NCBI GenBank assembly: GCA_964515075.1
Contig: CAZETE010000001.1
Coordinates: 34,623 to 98,622, forward strand
Origin: an uncultured Actinomycetota bacterium
GTDB lineage: Bacteria > Actinomycetota > Geothermincolia > Geothermincolales > Geothermincolaceae
Length of the DNA stretch: 64,000 nt
Direction: 5' to 3'
Below, piece by piece: positions 19,801-29,505 of this stretch. Every line of letters begins with the position of its first letter. Positions within the stretch are counted from its first letter, which is position 1. The translations under genes were made by a program, and so were the position numbers. The notes under the pieces were generated by a model. That model made no database searches. It worked only from the letters and a program-made list of their open reading frames with translations, and had not been told where the DNA came from.

Positions 19801-19993
19801 GCAGTCCTGACGGAGCCATTGAAGCGAGGGCCGCAAAGGACTATGCTATGTTAAAACGAGTGGAGAGAATGGCGGCAACAAGCGGAACGCCGGAAGGGCA
19901 AGGCGGGCACGGGAGTATCCCTCGGCCGGGAGGGATGCTCTCTCTACTTTTTTTCGGACGGAGGCGTCCCGGCCTATACGGGGGAGGTAGAGC

Positions 19994-21661
19994 ATGGCGG
20001 TGAAGTACATCTTCGTGACCGGCGGGGTGCTCTCATCCCTGGGAAAGGGCATCACCGCGGCCTCCCTGGGACGGCTGCTCAAGTCCCGGGGCCTCAAGGT
20101 GACCATGCAGAAGATGGACCCCTACATCAACGTCGACCCCGGGACCATGAACCCCTTCCAGCACGGCGAGGTCTTCGTCACCGACGACGGCACCGAGGCC
20201 GACCTCGACCTCGGCCATTACGAGCGCTTCATCGACGAGCACCTGGGCAGGGAGAACAACGTGACCACCGGCAGCGTCTACTGGTCCATCATCGCCCGCG
20301 AACGCAAGGGCGAGTTCCTGGGCGGCACGGTGCAGGTCATACCCCACGTGACCAACGAGATCAAGGACCGCATCCTGCGGCTGGCGCGGTCCAGCGAGGT
20401 GGACGTGGTCATCACGGAGATCGGCGGGACCGTCGGCGACATCGAGAGCCTGCCCTTCCTCGAGGCCATCCGGCAGCTCAAGAAGGACGTGGGCCCGGAG
20501 AACGTCATGTACATCCACGTCAGCCTGGTGCCCTTCGTGGGCCCGACGGAGGAGCTCAAGACCAAGCCCACCCAGCACAGCGTGAAGGAGCTGCGCTCCA
20601 TCGGCATCCAGCCCGACGTCATCGTCTGCCGCTCCAGCCGGCCCATCACCCACAACCTCAAGGAGAAGATCTCCCTCCACTGCGACATCGACTTGGAGGC
20701 GGTGGTCACCGCGGTGGACGTGGACTGCATCTATGAGATGCCGTTGATCCTGCAGAGGGAGGGGCTGGGGGATTACCTGGTCAGGCACCTCGGCCTGGAC
20801 CACACGGTGGAGGACCTGAGCGAGTGGGAGGAACTGGTTCGGCGCATCCGGGAGTCCACCGAGGAGGTGTGCATCGGGGTGGTGGGCAAGTACGTGGACT
20901 TGAAGGACGCCTACCTGTCCATCATCGAGGGCCTCAAGCACGGCGGCTACGCCCACGGGGCATGCGTGAAGATCCGCTGGATGACCTCCGACGACATCAA
21001 CCCGGACAGCGCGGGCGAGAGCCTGGAGGGTCTGCACGGCATCCTCGTGCCCGGCGGGTTCGGGGAGCGCGGCGTGGACGGCAAGGTGGAGGCCATCCGC
21101 TACGCGCGCGAGGAGCGGGTGCCCTTTCTGGGGATCTGCCTGGGCCTGCAGTGCGCGGTCATCGAGGCCAGCCGCAACCTCTGCGGGCTGAAGGGGGCCA
21201 ACAGCTCCGAGTTCGATCCCCACACCGAACACCCCACCATCGACCTGCTGCCCAGCCAGAGGGAGATCGACGAGATGGGCGGAACCATGCGCCTGGGCCT
21301 TTATCCCTGCAAGATCCAGGAGGGGACCCTGGCCCACGCCCTCTACCGGGAGGAGATCATCTACGAACGGCACCGCCACCGCTACGAAGTCAACAACCAC
21401 TACCGCACGGCCCTGCAGGGGGCCGGGATGATCTTCTCCGGCCAGTCCCCGGACGAGAAGCTGGTGGAGATAATCGAGCGCGCCGACCACCCCTGGTTCA
21501 TCGCCGGCCAGTTCCACCCCGAGTTCAAGTCGCGCCCCAACCGCCCCCACCCCCTCTTCCGCGGCTTCATCGGGGCGGCGCTGGAGCGGAAGAGGCTGCT
21601 CGAGGGGGGCGGCGTTAAGGCGGAGGGGAAGGCCGGCGACGCCGCCCGGCCCTCCTTTTGA
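19994..21661 (+). CDS. pyrG: CTP synthase
   Basis: Full-length PyrG. The N-terminal synthetase domain begins KYIFVTGGV; the C-terminal glutamine amidotransferase carries GICLGLQ. Confidence 0.95.
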   Translation: MAVKYIFVTGGVLSSLGKGITAASLGRLLKSRGLKVTMQKMDPYINVDPGTMNPFQHGEVFVTDDGTEADLDLGHYERFIDEHLGRENNVTTGSVYWSIIARERKGEFLGGTVQVIPHVTNEIKDRILRLARSSEVDVVITEIGGTVGDIESLPFLEAIRQLKKDVGPENVMYIHVSLVPFVGPTEELKTKPTQHSVKELRSIGIQPDVIVCRSSRPITHNLKEKISLHCDIDLEAVVTAVDVDCIYEMPLILQREGLGDYLVRHLGLDHTVEDLSEWEELVRRIRESTEEVCIGVVGKYVDLKDAYLSIIEGLKHGGYAHGACVKIRWMTSDDINPDSAGESLEGLHGILVPGGFGERGVDGKVEAIRYAREERVPFLGICLGLQCAVIEASRNLCGLKGANSSEFDPHTEHPTIDLLPSQREIDEMGGTMRLGLYPCKIQEGTLAHALYREEIIYERHRHRYEVNNHYRTALQGAGMIFSGQSPDEKLVEIIERADHPWFIAGQFHPEFKSRPNRPHPLFRGFIGAALERKRLLEGGGVKAEGKAGDAARPSF

Positions 21662-21684
21662 GGGCGGCGGCCGGGGAGGGCTCC

Positions 21685-22812
21685 GTGGGAAGGGACCCGC
21701 TGGTGGAGTTGTTCCTCAAGCTCGTCTCCATCGACAGCGAATCCTTCAAGGAGGGCGAAGCGGCCCGGTTCGTCGTCGATCTGCTGCAGGGCTGGGGGGT
21801 GAAGGTGGGACGGGACAGGGCCGGAAGGGCCATCGGCTCCGACGCGGACAACCTCTACGTCAAGCTGCCGTCGCGCGTCAAGGCACCGCCGCTCCTGCTC
21901 AGCGCCCACCTGGACACGGTCTCCCCCGGCAGCGGCGTCAGGCCGGTGGTGGGAAGACGGACCATCCGCAGCGCCGGACGGACCGTGCTGGGGGCCGACG
22001 ACAAGGCCGGCGTGGCCATCATCCTGGACATCCTGCGCGACGCGGCGGAAGGCCGCCTGCGGGCCGGGCCGCTGGAGGCGCTGTTCTCCATCGCCGAGGA
22101 GGAAGGGGTCCTGGGGATCAGGCACGCGCGGCTGGGGAGGCTCAAGGCCCGCCAGGCCCTGGTGCTGGACGGAACCGGAGAGGCCGGGGTCATCGTCAAT
22201 GCCGCACCCGCCCACGACGTCCTGGACTTCGTCTTCCGCGGCCGGCGGGCCCACGCCGGAGTGGAGCCGGAGAAGGGGGTGAACGCCATCTCCGGCGCCG
22301 CGCGGGCCGTGGCCCGCATGAAGCTGGGGAGGCTGGACGCCGAGACCACCGCCAACATCGGTATCATCGAGGGCGGCTGCGCCACCAACATCGTGCCCGA
22401 AGAGGTGAGGGTCAGGGGGGAGGTCCGTTCACGCAATCCCGCGAAGCTCGAAAGGCAGCGGGAGAGGATGATCGAGGCGGCCCGCGCGGTCGAGGAAGAG
22501 GGCCTGGAGGTCGAGGTGCGGGTGGAGCGGGCCTACGAGGGCTACTTGGTTCCGGCCTCCGACCCCCTGGTGCGGACGATCAAGCGTGCCGGGGCGGCCG
22601 AGGGCCTGCGGATGCGCGTGCGCCCTTCGGGCGGCGGCAGCGACGCCAACTTCCTCAACGCCAGCGGGATCAGGGCGGTGGTGCTGAACACCGGCGCCTA
22701 CGAGCCCCACTCGGAGCGGGAGTACCTGGACCTGGCGGAGTTCAAGCGCTCCTCCGCCGTCTGCAGGCGGGTGGTGGAGATGTTCGCCGGAACGGGAGGA
22801 GGGGCGGCGTGA
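21685..22812 (+). CDS. M20/M42 family metallohydrolase (peptidase T / tripeptidase-like)
   Basis: GTG at 21685 after GGGGAGGG. A TTG at 21658, overlapping the pyrG stop, is an alternative start. M20 metal-binding motifs SAHLDTV, GADDKAG and EEEG are present. Confidence 0.75.
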   Translation: MGRDPLVELFLKLVSIDSESFKEGEAARFVVDLLQGWGVKVGRDRAGRAIGSDADNLYVKLPSRVKAPPLLLSAHLDTVSPGSGVRPVVGRRTIRSAGRTVLGADDKAGVAIILDILRDAAEGRLRAGPLEALFSIAEEEGVLGIRHARLGRLKARQALVLDGTGEAGVIVNAAPAHDVLDFVFRGRRAHAGVEPEKGVNAISGAARAVARMKLGRLDAETTANIGIIEGGCATNIVPEEVRVRGEVRSRNPAKLERQRERMIEAARAVEEEGLEVEVRVERAYEGYLVPASDPLVRTIKRAGAAEGLRMRVRPSGGGSDANFLNASGIRAVVLNTGAYEPHSEREYLDLAEFKRSSAVCRRVVEMFAGTGGGAA

Positions 22813-23375
22813 CCGCGGCGAAGGACACCGGCGGCTACCGGACCCTCTCCAGCCGGGCGCTCTTCGAGGGGGCGGTGGTCCGGCTCTTCCTGGACCGGGT
22901 GCGCCAGCCCGACGGCAAGGCGGTGGAGCGCGAGGTGGTGCGCCACTGGGGGGCGGTGGGGGTGGTGGCGCTGGACGACGCGGGGAGGCTCTACATGGTG
23001 AAGCAGTACCGGCACGCCCCCGGGGAGGTGCTGCACGAGATACCCGCGGGAAAACTGCTGCCGGGGGAGGATCCCCTGGACTGCGCGGCGCGCGAACTTG
23101 AAGAGGAGGTGGGGGCGAAGGCCTCTCGCTGGTCCCCCCTCTGCAGCTTCTACACCTCGCCCGGCTTCTCCGACGAGGTGCTCCATCTCTACCTGGCGGA
23201 GGACCTGACGGAAGGGGAGCCTCGCCCGGAGGAGGACGAGTTCCTGGAGGTCTACAGGGTGGACCTGGAAGAGGCGCTGCGCATGGTCTGGCGGGGCGAG
23301 GTACGCGACTCCAAGACCATCGCCGGCATCGCCCTGACATTTGTAAAATTGGGGTCAGGCCCCAAATCCACTTGA
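22809..23375 (+). CDS. NUDIX hydrolase (ADP-ribose pyrophosphatase-like)
   Basis: Nudix box GKLLPGEDPLDCAARELEEEVG. The last 11 codons plus the stop are encoded by REP copy 1. Confidence 0.8.
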   Translation: MTAAKDTGGYRTLSSRALFEGAVVRLFLDRVRQPDGKAVEREVVRHWGAVGVVALDDAGRLYMVKQYRHAPGEVLHEIPAGKLLPGEDPLDCAARELEEEVGAKASRWSPLCSFYTSPGFSDEVLHLYLAEDLTEGEPRPEEDEFLEVYRVDLEEALRMVWRGEVRDSKTIAGIALTFVKLGSGPKST

Positions 23376-23379
23376 CCGT
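23341..23379 (+). repeat. REP-like hairpin element, copy 1 (core GGGGTCAGGCCCC)
   Basis: TTGTAAAATTGGGGTCAGGCCCCAAATCCACTTGACCGT. Imperfect palindrome AATTGGGG-tcagg-CCCCAAATT. A near-identical 39-nt copy lies 56 nt downstream. Confidence 0.7.
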
Positions 23380-23396
23380 GCGCGAAATTACTGAAA

Positions 23397-23435
23397 TTGT
23401 TAAATTGGGGTCAGGCCCCAAATCCACTTGACCGT
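23397..23435 (+). repeat. REP-like hairpin element, copy 2 (direct repeat of 23341-23379)
   Basis: TTGTTAAATTGGGGTCAGGCCCCAAATCCACTTGACCGT; 38 of 39 nt identical to copy 1. Confidence 0.7.
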
Positions 23436-23493
23436 ATAGTGCTGGCGCCGGTGGCGGCATCTCGGCAGCATCACCGGAGATAAGGAGGGAAGC

Positions 23494-24600
23494 TTGAGAT
23501 TAGGGGTACCGAAGGAAGTGATGGACCACGAGTTCCGTGTCGGGCTGACGCCGCATGGGACTCGCGAGTTGGTGAACCAGGGCCACACGGTGCTGTTGGA
23601 GACGGGGGCGGGCGAGGGCTCGGGGTTCTCCGACGAGGAATACGTCAACGCGGGGGCCTCCCTGTGCGGGGAAGCCGGCGACCTCTACGCGGAGTCGGAG
23701 CTGATCGTCAAGGTGAAGGAGCCTCAGCCCGAAGAGTTCGGGATGCTGAGAGAAGGGCTGATGCTCTTCTGCTACCTGCACCTGGCGGCCCATCGCGAGG
23801 TGACCGAGGAATTGATGTGCAGGGGGGTGACCGCCGTAGGCTACGAGACCGTCGAGGAGAACGGCGAACTGCCCCTGCTGGCGCCCATGAGCGAGGTGGC
23901 CGGGCGCCTGTCGCCGCAGATCGGGGCGCATTACCTGGAGAAGCAGAACGGCGGGAGGGGCGTCCTGCTCAGCGGCACCACCGGTGTGGCGCCGGCGGAA
24001 GTGGTGGTGCTGGGGGCGGGCATGGTGGGCTTCAACGCAGCGATCATGGCCACCGGCATGGAGGCCCGCGTGATCGTGCTGGACCGGGACTTGAAGAAGC
24101 TCAAGTACCTCGAGAACAACCTGCAGGGGCGCATCTCCACCCTCTTCTCAAATCAATACAACGTCGCGGAGGCCGTTGCCCAGGCCGACCTGGTCATCGG
24201 GGGACTGCTGGTTCCCGGGGCACTGGCGCCGCGCGTTCTGACCGAGTGGATGGTAAGGGAGATGCAGCCCGGCGCGGTCTTCGTGGACGTCTCCATTGAC
24301 CAGGGAGGCTGCTCGGAGACTTCCCGGCAGACCACCCACTCGGAACCGGTCTATACGATGCACGGCGTCACCCACTACTGTGTCGGGAATATCCCGGCAG
24401 CGGTTCCCCGGACCTCCACGTTCGCCTTGACCAACTCCACCCTGCCCTACGTGGAGCGCCTGGCGGGCCTGGGGTTGGAAGAGGCCTGCCGGCGGTACCC
24501 GGGGATGTGCTCGGGAGTCAATGTCATGGGCGGCGCGGTCACCTCCCGGCCGGTGGCGGATTCGCTGGGTCTGGAATGCCGTCCGCTCGAGCAGAAGTGA
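23494..24600 (+). CDS. ald: alanine dehydrogenase
   Basis: TTG start after AAGGAGGGA. NAD-binding motif VVVLGAGMVG; full-length AlaDH/PNT family. Confidence 0.9.
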   Translation: MRLGVPKEVMDHEFRVGLTPHGTRELVNQGHTVLLETGAGEGSGFSDEEYVNAGASLCGEAGDLYAESELIVKVKEPQPEEFGMLREGLMLFCYLHLAAHREVTEELMCRGVTAVGYETVEENGELPLLAPMSEVAGRLSPQIGAHYLEKQNGGRGVLLSGTTGVAPAEVVVLGAGMVGFNAAIMATGMEARVIVLDRDLKKLKYLENNLQGRISTLFSNQYNVAEAVAQADLVIGGLLVPGALAPRVLTEWMVREMQPGAVFVDVSIDQGGCSETSRQTTHSEPVYTMHGVTHYCVGNIPAAVPRTSTFALTNSTLPYVERLAGLGLEEACRRYPGMCSGVNVMGGAVTSRPVADSLGLECRPLEQK

Positions 24601-24622
24601 ATTGGGGTCAGGCCCCGAATTC
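24599..24622 (+). repeat. REP-like hairpin, forward orientation, overlapping the ald stop codon
   Basis: GAATTGGGGTCAGGCCCCGAATTC. Confidence 0.7.
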
Positions 24623-24659
24623 ATTTTCGCAGCTGAGAACCGGTGGCCGAGAAAAAGGT

Positions 24660-24684
24660 GAATTTGGGGCCTGACCCCGAATTG
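24660..24684 (-). repeat. REP-like hairpin, inverted orientation (forms a BIME-like inverted pair with 24599-24622)
   Basis: GAATTTGGGGCCTGACCCCGAATTG. Loop CCTGA is the reverse complement of TCAGG. The two units are separated by 37 nt. Confidence 0.7.
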
Positions 24685-24698
24685 AGGGAGGAGGCGAG

Positions 24699-25625
24699 AT
24701 GGGGCACCCCGCCGGTTGGGAGGGTTACCAGAGGGAGTTCATGGTCTACCTCCGGGTGGAGAAGGGACTTTCTTCCAACACCATAGACGCTTACGGGCGC
24801 GACGTCGGCAGGTATATCGATTTCTTAAGGAGCAGGGGCCTGACATCGCCGGAGTCGGTGAGCCCCATTGACATAACCGCCTTCCTCAAGCTGGAGAAGG
24901 CGCGCGGAATCTCTGCGGCCTCGCAGGCCAGAAGGATCAGCTCCATCAGGCGTTTCCACCTCTTCATGGTGAACGAGGGCCACACCTGGAACCTGCCGAC
25001 AGCCGAACTGAGGACGCCGCTCATGCCCCGCCGCCTCCCCCGCGTGCTATCACAGGCCGAAGTGGCGAGGCTGCTCGACCAGGAGGCGGTTGAGGACGCC
25101 GCCGGCCTGCGCGACCGGGCCATGCTGGAGACCCTCTATGCGGCGGGCGTGCGCATCTCCGAGCTGACCTCCCTCGACTTGGAGGACCTGGACCTGGAGG
25201 GGGGCGAGTTGAGGGTGACGGGCAAGGGGGGCAAGGAGAGGGTGGTGCCCCTGGGCTCGCAGGCGGAAGAGCGCCTGGCGAAGTACTTGAGCTTCGGGCG
25301 GCCGCGGCTGCTGCAGGGCCGTTCCTCGCGGGCCGTCTTCTTGAACCAGCGGGGAGGACGGCTCGGCCGCAACGGGGCCTGGCGCATCATCAAGGAATAC
25401 GCGGAAAGGGCGGGGATGGGAGGGCGAGTCACCCCCCATACCCTGCGCCACTCCTTCGCCACCCACCTGCTGGAGAACGGCGCGGACCTGCGCTACATAC
25501 AGGAACTGCTGGGTCACGCGAGCATCTCCACCACGCAGGTATATACCCACCTGAGCAAGGAAAAGGTCAAGGAGATATACATGGCGGCGCACCCGAGGGG
25601 CGGAAGGAGGGCGGCGGCCCGATGA
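24699..25625 (+). CDS. xerD: site-specific tyrosine recombinase XerD
   Basis: Phage-integrase N-terminal SAM-like domain. Catalytic RHSFATHLLENGADLRYIQELLGH...Y motif. Confidence 0.9.
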   Translation: MGHPAGWEGYQREFMVYLRVEKGLSSNTIDAYGRDVGRYIDFLRSRGLTSPESVSPIDITAFLKLEKARGISAASQARRISSIRRFHLFMVNEGHTWNLPTAELRTPLMPRRLPRVLSQAEVARLLDQEAVEDAAGLRDRAMLETLYAAGVRISELTSLDLEDLDLEGGELRVTGKGGKERVVPLGSQAEERLAKYLSFGRPRLLQGRSSRAVFLNQRGGRLGRNGAWRIIKEYAERAGMGGRVTPHTLRHSFATHLLENGADLRYIQELLGHASISTTQVYTHLSKEKVKEIYMAAHPRGGRRAAAR

Positions 25626-26803
25626 TCGACAGGCTCATCTGGGTGGTGCTGGACGGCGTGGGCGCCGGGGCCCTGCCCGACGCCGGACTCTACGGGGACG
25701 AGGGGGCCGACACCCTGGGAAACGTCGCCCGCCGCTGCGGGGGGCTGCGCCTGCCCGAGCTCGAGCGCCTGGGGCTAGGAAAGCTCCACCGCGTGGAGGG
25801 ACTTTCGCCGGAAGTGAGGGCGGAAGGGGCTTACGGGCGCCTGGCCGAGGCCTCCCCCGGCAAGGACTCCGCCACCGGCCACTGGGAGCTGGCGGGGGTG
25901 ATCGTCCCGGAGGCCTTCCCCACCTACCCGGAAGGCTTCCCGCCCGAGGTCTTGCACGAGTTCGAGGGGCGCACCGGATGCGGGGTGCTGGGAAACCGCG
26001 CCGCCTCGGGCACGGAGATAATCAACGAACTGGGAGAGGAACACTGCGCCACCGGGCTTCCCATCCTCTACACCTCGGCCGACTCGGTCTTCCAACTGAC
26101 GGCTCATCGGGAGGTCATCCCCCCGGAAAGGCTCTACTGGATGGCCCGGCAGGCGCGGGAGATGCTCACCGGCGAGCACCTGGTCTCGCGGGTCATCGCC
26201 AGGCCCTTTGCCGGGGAGGCCGGGAGCTACGCCCGCGTGCCCGAGGAGCGCCGCGATTTCCCCCTGGAGCCCCCCCGACCCACCCTGCTGGACCGCCTGC
26301 GCGAGGCTGGCAGGCCGGTGGCCGGCGCCGGAAAGATAGGCGACCTCTTCGCCGGGCGGGGCCTGCTCGAGTGCGAGCACACGCGCGACAACCGCGAGAC
26401 CCTCGCCAAGCTGCACGGCCTCATGGACAAGTACCGCGGCGGCCTGATCATGGTGAACCTGGTGGACTTCGACACCGCCTACGGCCACCGCAATGACGTA
26501 GGCGGTTTTTACCGGGCCTTGCAGGAGTTCGACGCCGCCCTTCCCGCGCTCAAGGCAGCCATGCTCCCCGGCGACGCCTGCTTCATCACCTCCGACCACG
26601 GCTGCGACCCCACCCATCCGGGAACCGACCATACGCGCGAATACGGCATCTTCATGGCCTTCGGGGAGGGGATAGAGGAGGACGCAGGCGTGGGCGACCG
26701 CTCCACCTTCGCCGATGCCGGGTCCACGGCGGCCGAGCTGCTTGGCCTCCCGTGCGAGCTGGACGGGGAGTCGTTCGCCGGGCTTATCGGGAAGAAGGGG
26801 TGA
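25622..26803 (+). CDS. deoB: phosphopentomutase
   Basis: Overlaps the xerD stop. Metalloenzyme-superfamily motifs DGVGAG, TSDHGCDP and DSATGHWE. Confidence 0.9.
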   Translation: MIDRLIWVVLDGVGAGALPDAGLYGDEGADTLGNVARRCGGLRLPELERLGLGKLHRVEGLSPEVRAEGAYGRLAEASPGKDSATGHWELAGVIVPEAFPTYPEGFPPEVLHEFEGRTGCGVLGNRAASGTEIINELGEEHCATGLPILYTSADSVFQLTAHREVIPPERLYWMARQAREMLTGEHLVSRVIARPFAGEAGSYARVPEERRDFPLEPPRPTLLDRLREAGRPVAGAGKIGDLFAGRGLLECEHTRDNRETLAKLHGLMDKYRGGLIMVNLVDFDTAYGHRNDVGGFYRALQEFDAALPALKAAMLPGDACFITSDHGCDPTHPGTDHTREYGIFMAFGEGIEEDAGVGDRSTFADAGSTAAELLGLPCELDGESFAGLIGKKG

Positions 26804-26841
26804 GGGAAGGGGGAGGGCGGGGGCCCAGGAAGGGGAAGAGC

Positions 26842-29505
26842 TTGGAGGTCATCGTCAGCCATACCAACGCCGACTTCGACTCGCTGGCCAGCATGGTGGC
26901 GGCGAGCAAGATCTATCCGCGCGCCGGGATGGTCCTCGCCGGGGCGGTCAACCGCAACGTGCGCGAGTACCTCTCCCTCCACGGGGACATGCTGGAGTTC
27001 TTAGACCTCAACTCCCTGGATCTCGAGGCGGTCACCCGGGTGATCATGGTGGATACCCGCTCGGCCGACCGCGTTGGCGACCTGGGGCCGGTGGCCCGCC
27101 GCGAGGGCGTGGAGGTATTCGTCATCGACCACCACCCCCGGGCGCAGGGGGACCTGGAGGGCGCCCACGACCTGAGCGAGCCCGTGGGGGCCACCACCAC
27201 CATCCTGGTGAAGCTCCTGCGCAAGCTGGAGATACCCGTCAAGCCCTACGAGGCCACCCTCTTCGCCCTGGGCATCCACGAGGACACCGGCTCCCTCACC
27301 TACGCCGGGACCACTTACGAGGACGCGGAGGCGCTGGCTTGGCTGATGGGCATGGGCGCCAGCCCCGCGGCCGTCTCGCTCTTCTTAAGACGGGTGCTCA
27401 CGCCGCCCCAGCACGACCTGCTCAACCGGCTGCTGGCCTCCTTCCGCTATCACGACGTGAAGGGCATCCGGGTGGTGACGGCCGCGGCGGAGCCGGAGGA
27501 GTACGTGGACGGGGCCTCGGCGGTGACCTCGCGGGTGGTGGAGTTGGAGAACCTGGACGTCTTCTTCGCCCTGGTGCGCATGGACGACCGCGTGCTGGTC
27601 ATCGGCCACTCGCGCCTGCCCGACGTCAAGGTGGACCGCATCCTGGCCGGCCTGGGGGGAGGGGGGCACGCCGAGGCGGCCACGGCGCTGGTGCGCGGAG
27701 CGCGGCTGGAGCGGCTGGAAAAGGAGCTGATGCAGTCGGTGCGCAGGCTGGTGCGCCCGCAGTTCTCGGCCGCCGGCATCATGACCGCCCAGGTGCGCAC
27801 CCTGCAGGAGAAGACCACCATCACGGAGGCCTCGAAGCGCATGGAGAGGACCGGGCACACCGCCTTCCCGGTAGTCGATGAGCAGGGGCGCCTGGTGGGC
27901 CTGATCTCCCGCAAGGACCTCAACCGGGCCGGCCACCACGGCCTGGGGCACGCGCCGGTCAAGGGGTTCATGTCCCGCAACATCGTCACCGTCGGGCCCG
28001 ACGCCACCATCCAGGAGATGCAGTCGAAGATGCTGGAGAACGCCATCGGCCGCCTCCCGGTGCTGAAGGGCGAAAGGATCGTGGGCATCGTCACCCGCAA
28101 GGACCTGCTGCGGGCCATGCACGGAGCTTCCTACCTGCGCGCCGGCCGGGCATCGCCGGCGCATTCCGTTCCGCGGCCCAGCGTCCTGGAGACACTGCGG
28201 CACATCCTGCCTCCGGAGACCCGGAGCATCCTTAAGGCCGTCTCCCGGCTGGCCGAGGAGAGGGGTTACGACGCCTTCCTGGTGGGCGGGATGGTGCGCG
28301 ACCTGCTGATGGGCCGGAGCGACTCCGACGTGGACCTCGTGGTGGAGGGGCGCGGCATCGCCTTCGCGCGCCTGCTGGCGAAGGAGCTGAAGGGCCGGAT
28401 GCGCTCGCACAAGAAGTTCGGGACGGCGGTGATCGTGCTGAAGTCGGGGCTGCGCATCGACGTGGCCACGGCGCGGACCGAGTACTACCCCTACCCGGCG
28501 GCGCTGCCCCAGGTGGAGACGGCATCCATCCGCCAGGACCTCTACCGCCGCGACTTCAGCGTCAACGCCATGGCCGTCTCGCTGACCGGCGAGAGCTACG
28601 GTGAGCTGCTGGACTTCTTCGGCGGCCGGCGCGACCTGGAGAAGCGGCAGATCCGCATCCTGCACAACTTGAGCTTCGTGGAGGACCCCACCCGCATCTT
28701 CCGTGCGGTCCGATTCGAGCAGAGGTTCGGCTTCACCATCGAACCACAGACCGAGGCCATGGCCCGCCGCGCCGTCGAGATGGAGTTCGTGGGGGAGCTG
28801 ACGGGACCGCGCATACGCGAGGAACTGGTGGACATCCTCTGCGAGCCCTCCTGCATCCGCGCGGTGAAGCGCTTGGAGGACCTGGGGGCGCTGCGGCGCC
28901 TCCATCCCGACCTGGCCTGCGACGCGGCCATGGAGCGCAGGTTCAAGCGGCTCGACCGCTACCTGCCGTCCTTCGCAAAGCTCTGTTCAAGGATTCCTCC
29001 GGAGGACGGCGCGGAGTCCCCGCCCCCCTTCCAGCGCTGGATACCCTACCTGGCCGCGCTGCTGGAGGGCCTGGGAGAGGGGGTGGACGCCTGGGCCGCG
29101 CGGATGCGCATGAAGCGCAACGACCGCCGCAAGCTGCTGGCCTGCCTCCGGGAGCCCGCCGCCGCGGCCGCGGACCTCAAGCGGGGAGGGGACCTGCGCC
29201 CCAGCGTCCTGCACCGCCGCTTGGAGTCCCTGCCCCAGGAGGCGCGAGCCTGCCTCTACGCGCAGGGAGGGGAAGCCGTCCGGAAAGCCATGGCTGTATA
29301 CTATGAGAGGGCCGCGGCGGGCGGTGTCGCCCTGACCGGCCGGGACCTGGAGGAGATGGGCCTGGAGCCCTCGCCTCCGTATGCGCGGATACTGGCAGAG
29401 GTGACCGGGGCGGTACTCGACGGCGAGGTGAAGGGCCGCAGGAGCCAGCTGGCCATGGCCAGGCGGCTGGTGCGGGAGGAGAAGAAGGAGAAGGGAGAGG
29501 GATGA
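26842..29505 (+). CDS. CBS domain-containing CCA-adding tRNA nucleotidyltransferase (DHH-DHHA1 + 2xCBS + polyA-polymerase head + HD)
   Basis: TTG at 26842 after GGAAGGGGAAGAG; a GTG at 26800 is an alternative start. DHH motifs (VSHTNADFDSLASM, IDHH). Two CBS domains, then GGMVRD...DVDL nucleotidyltransferase motifs. Confidence 0.8.
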   Translation: MEVIVSHTNADFDSLASMVAASKIYPRAGMVLAGAVNRNVREYLSLHGDMLEFLDLNSLDLEAVTRVIMVDTRSADRVGDLGPVARREGVEVFVIDHHPRAQGDLEGAHDLSEPVGATTTILVKLLRKLEIPVKPYEATLFALGIHEDTGSLTYAGTTYEDAEALAWLMGMGASPAAVSLFLRRVLTPPQHDLLNRLLASFRYHDVKGIRVVTAAAEPEEYVDGASAVTSRVVELENLDVFFALVRMDDRVLVIGHSRLPDVKVDRILAGLGGGGHAEAATALVRGARLERLEKELMQSVRRLVRPQFSAAGIMTAQVRTLQEKTTITEASKRMERTGHTAFPVVDEQGRLVGLISRKDLNRAGHHGLGHAPVKGFMSRNIVTVGPDATIQEMQSKMLENAIGRLPVLKGERIVGIVTRKDLLRAMHGASYLRAGRASPAHSVPRPSVLETLRHILPPETRSILKAVSRLAEERGYDAFLVGGMVRDLLMGRSDSDVDLVVEGRGIAFARLLAKELKGRMRSHKKFGTAVIVLKSGLRIDVATARTEYYPYPAALPQVETASIRQDLYRRDFSVNAMAVSLTGESYGELLDFFGGRRDLEKRQIRILHNLSFVEDPTRIFRAVRFEQRFGFTIEPQTEAMARRAVEMEFVGELTGPRIREELVDILCEPSCIRAVKRLEDLGALRRLHPDLACDAAMERRFKRLDRYLPSFAKLCSRIPPEDGAESPPPFQRWIPYLAALLEGLGEGVDAWAARMRMKRNDRRKLLACLREPAAAAADLKRGGDLRPSVLHRRLESLPQEARACLYAQGGEAVRKAMAVYYERAAAGGVALTGRDLEEMGLEPSPPYARILAEVTGAVLDGEVKGRRSQLAMARRLVREEKKEKGEG

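Noticed and set aside
23341-23435. Two identical ~39-nt direct repeats separated by a 17-nt spacer, superficially CRISPR-like
   Set aside because: There are only two copies, the units are hairpin-forming, and they share their core with REP/TIR elements elsewhere. There are no cas genes. They are interpreted as a REP doublet.
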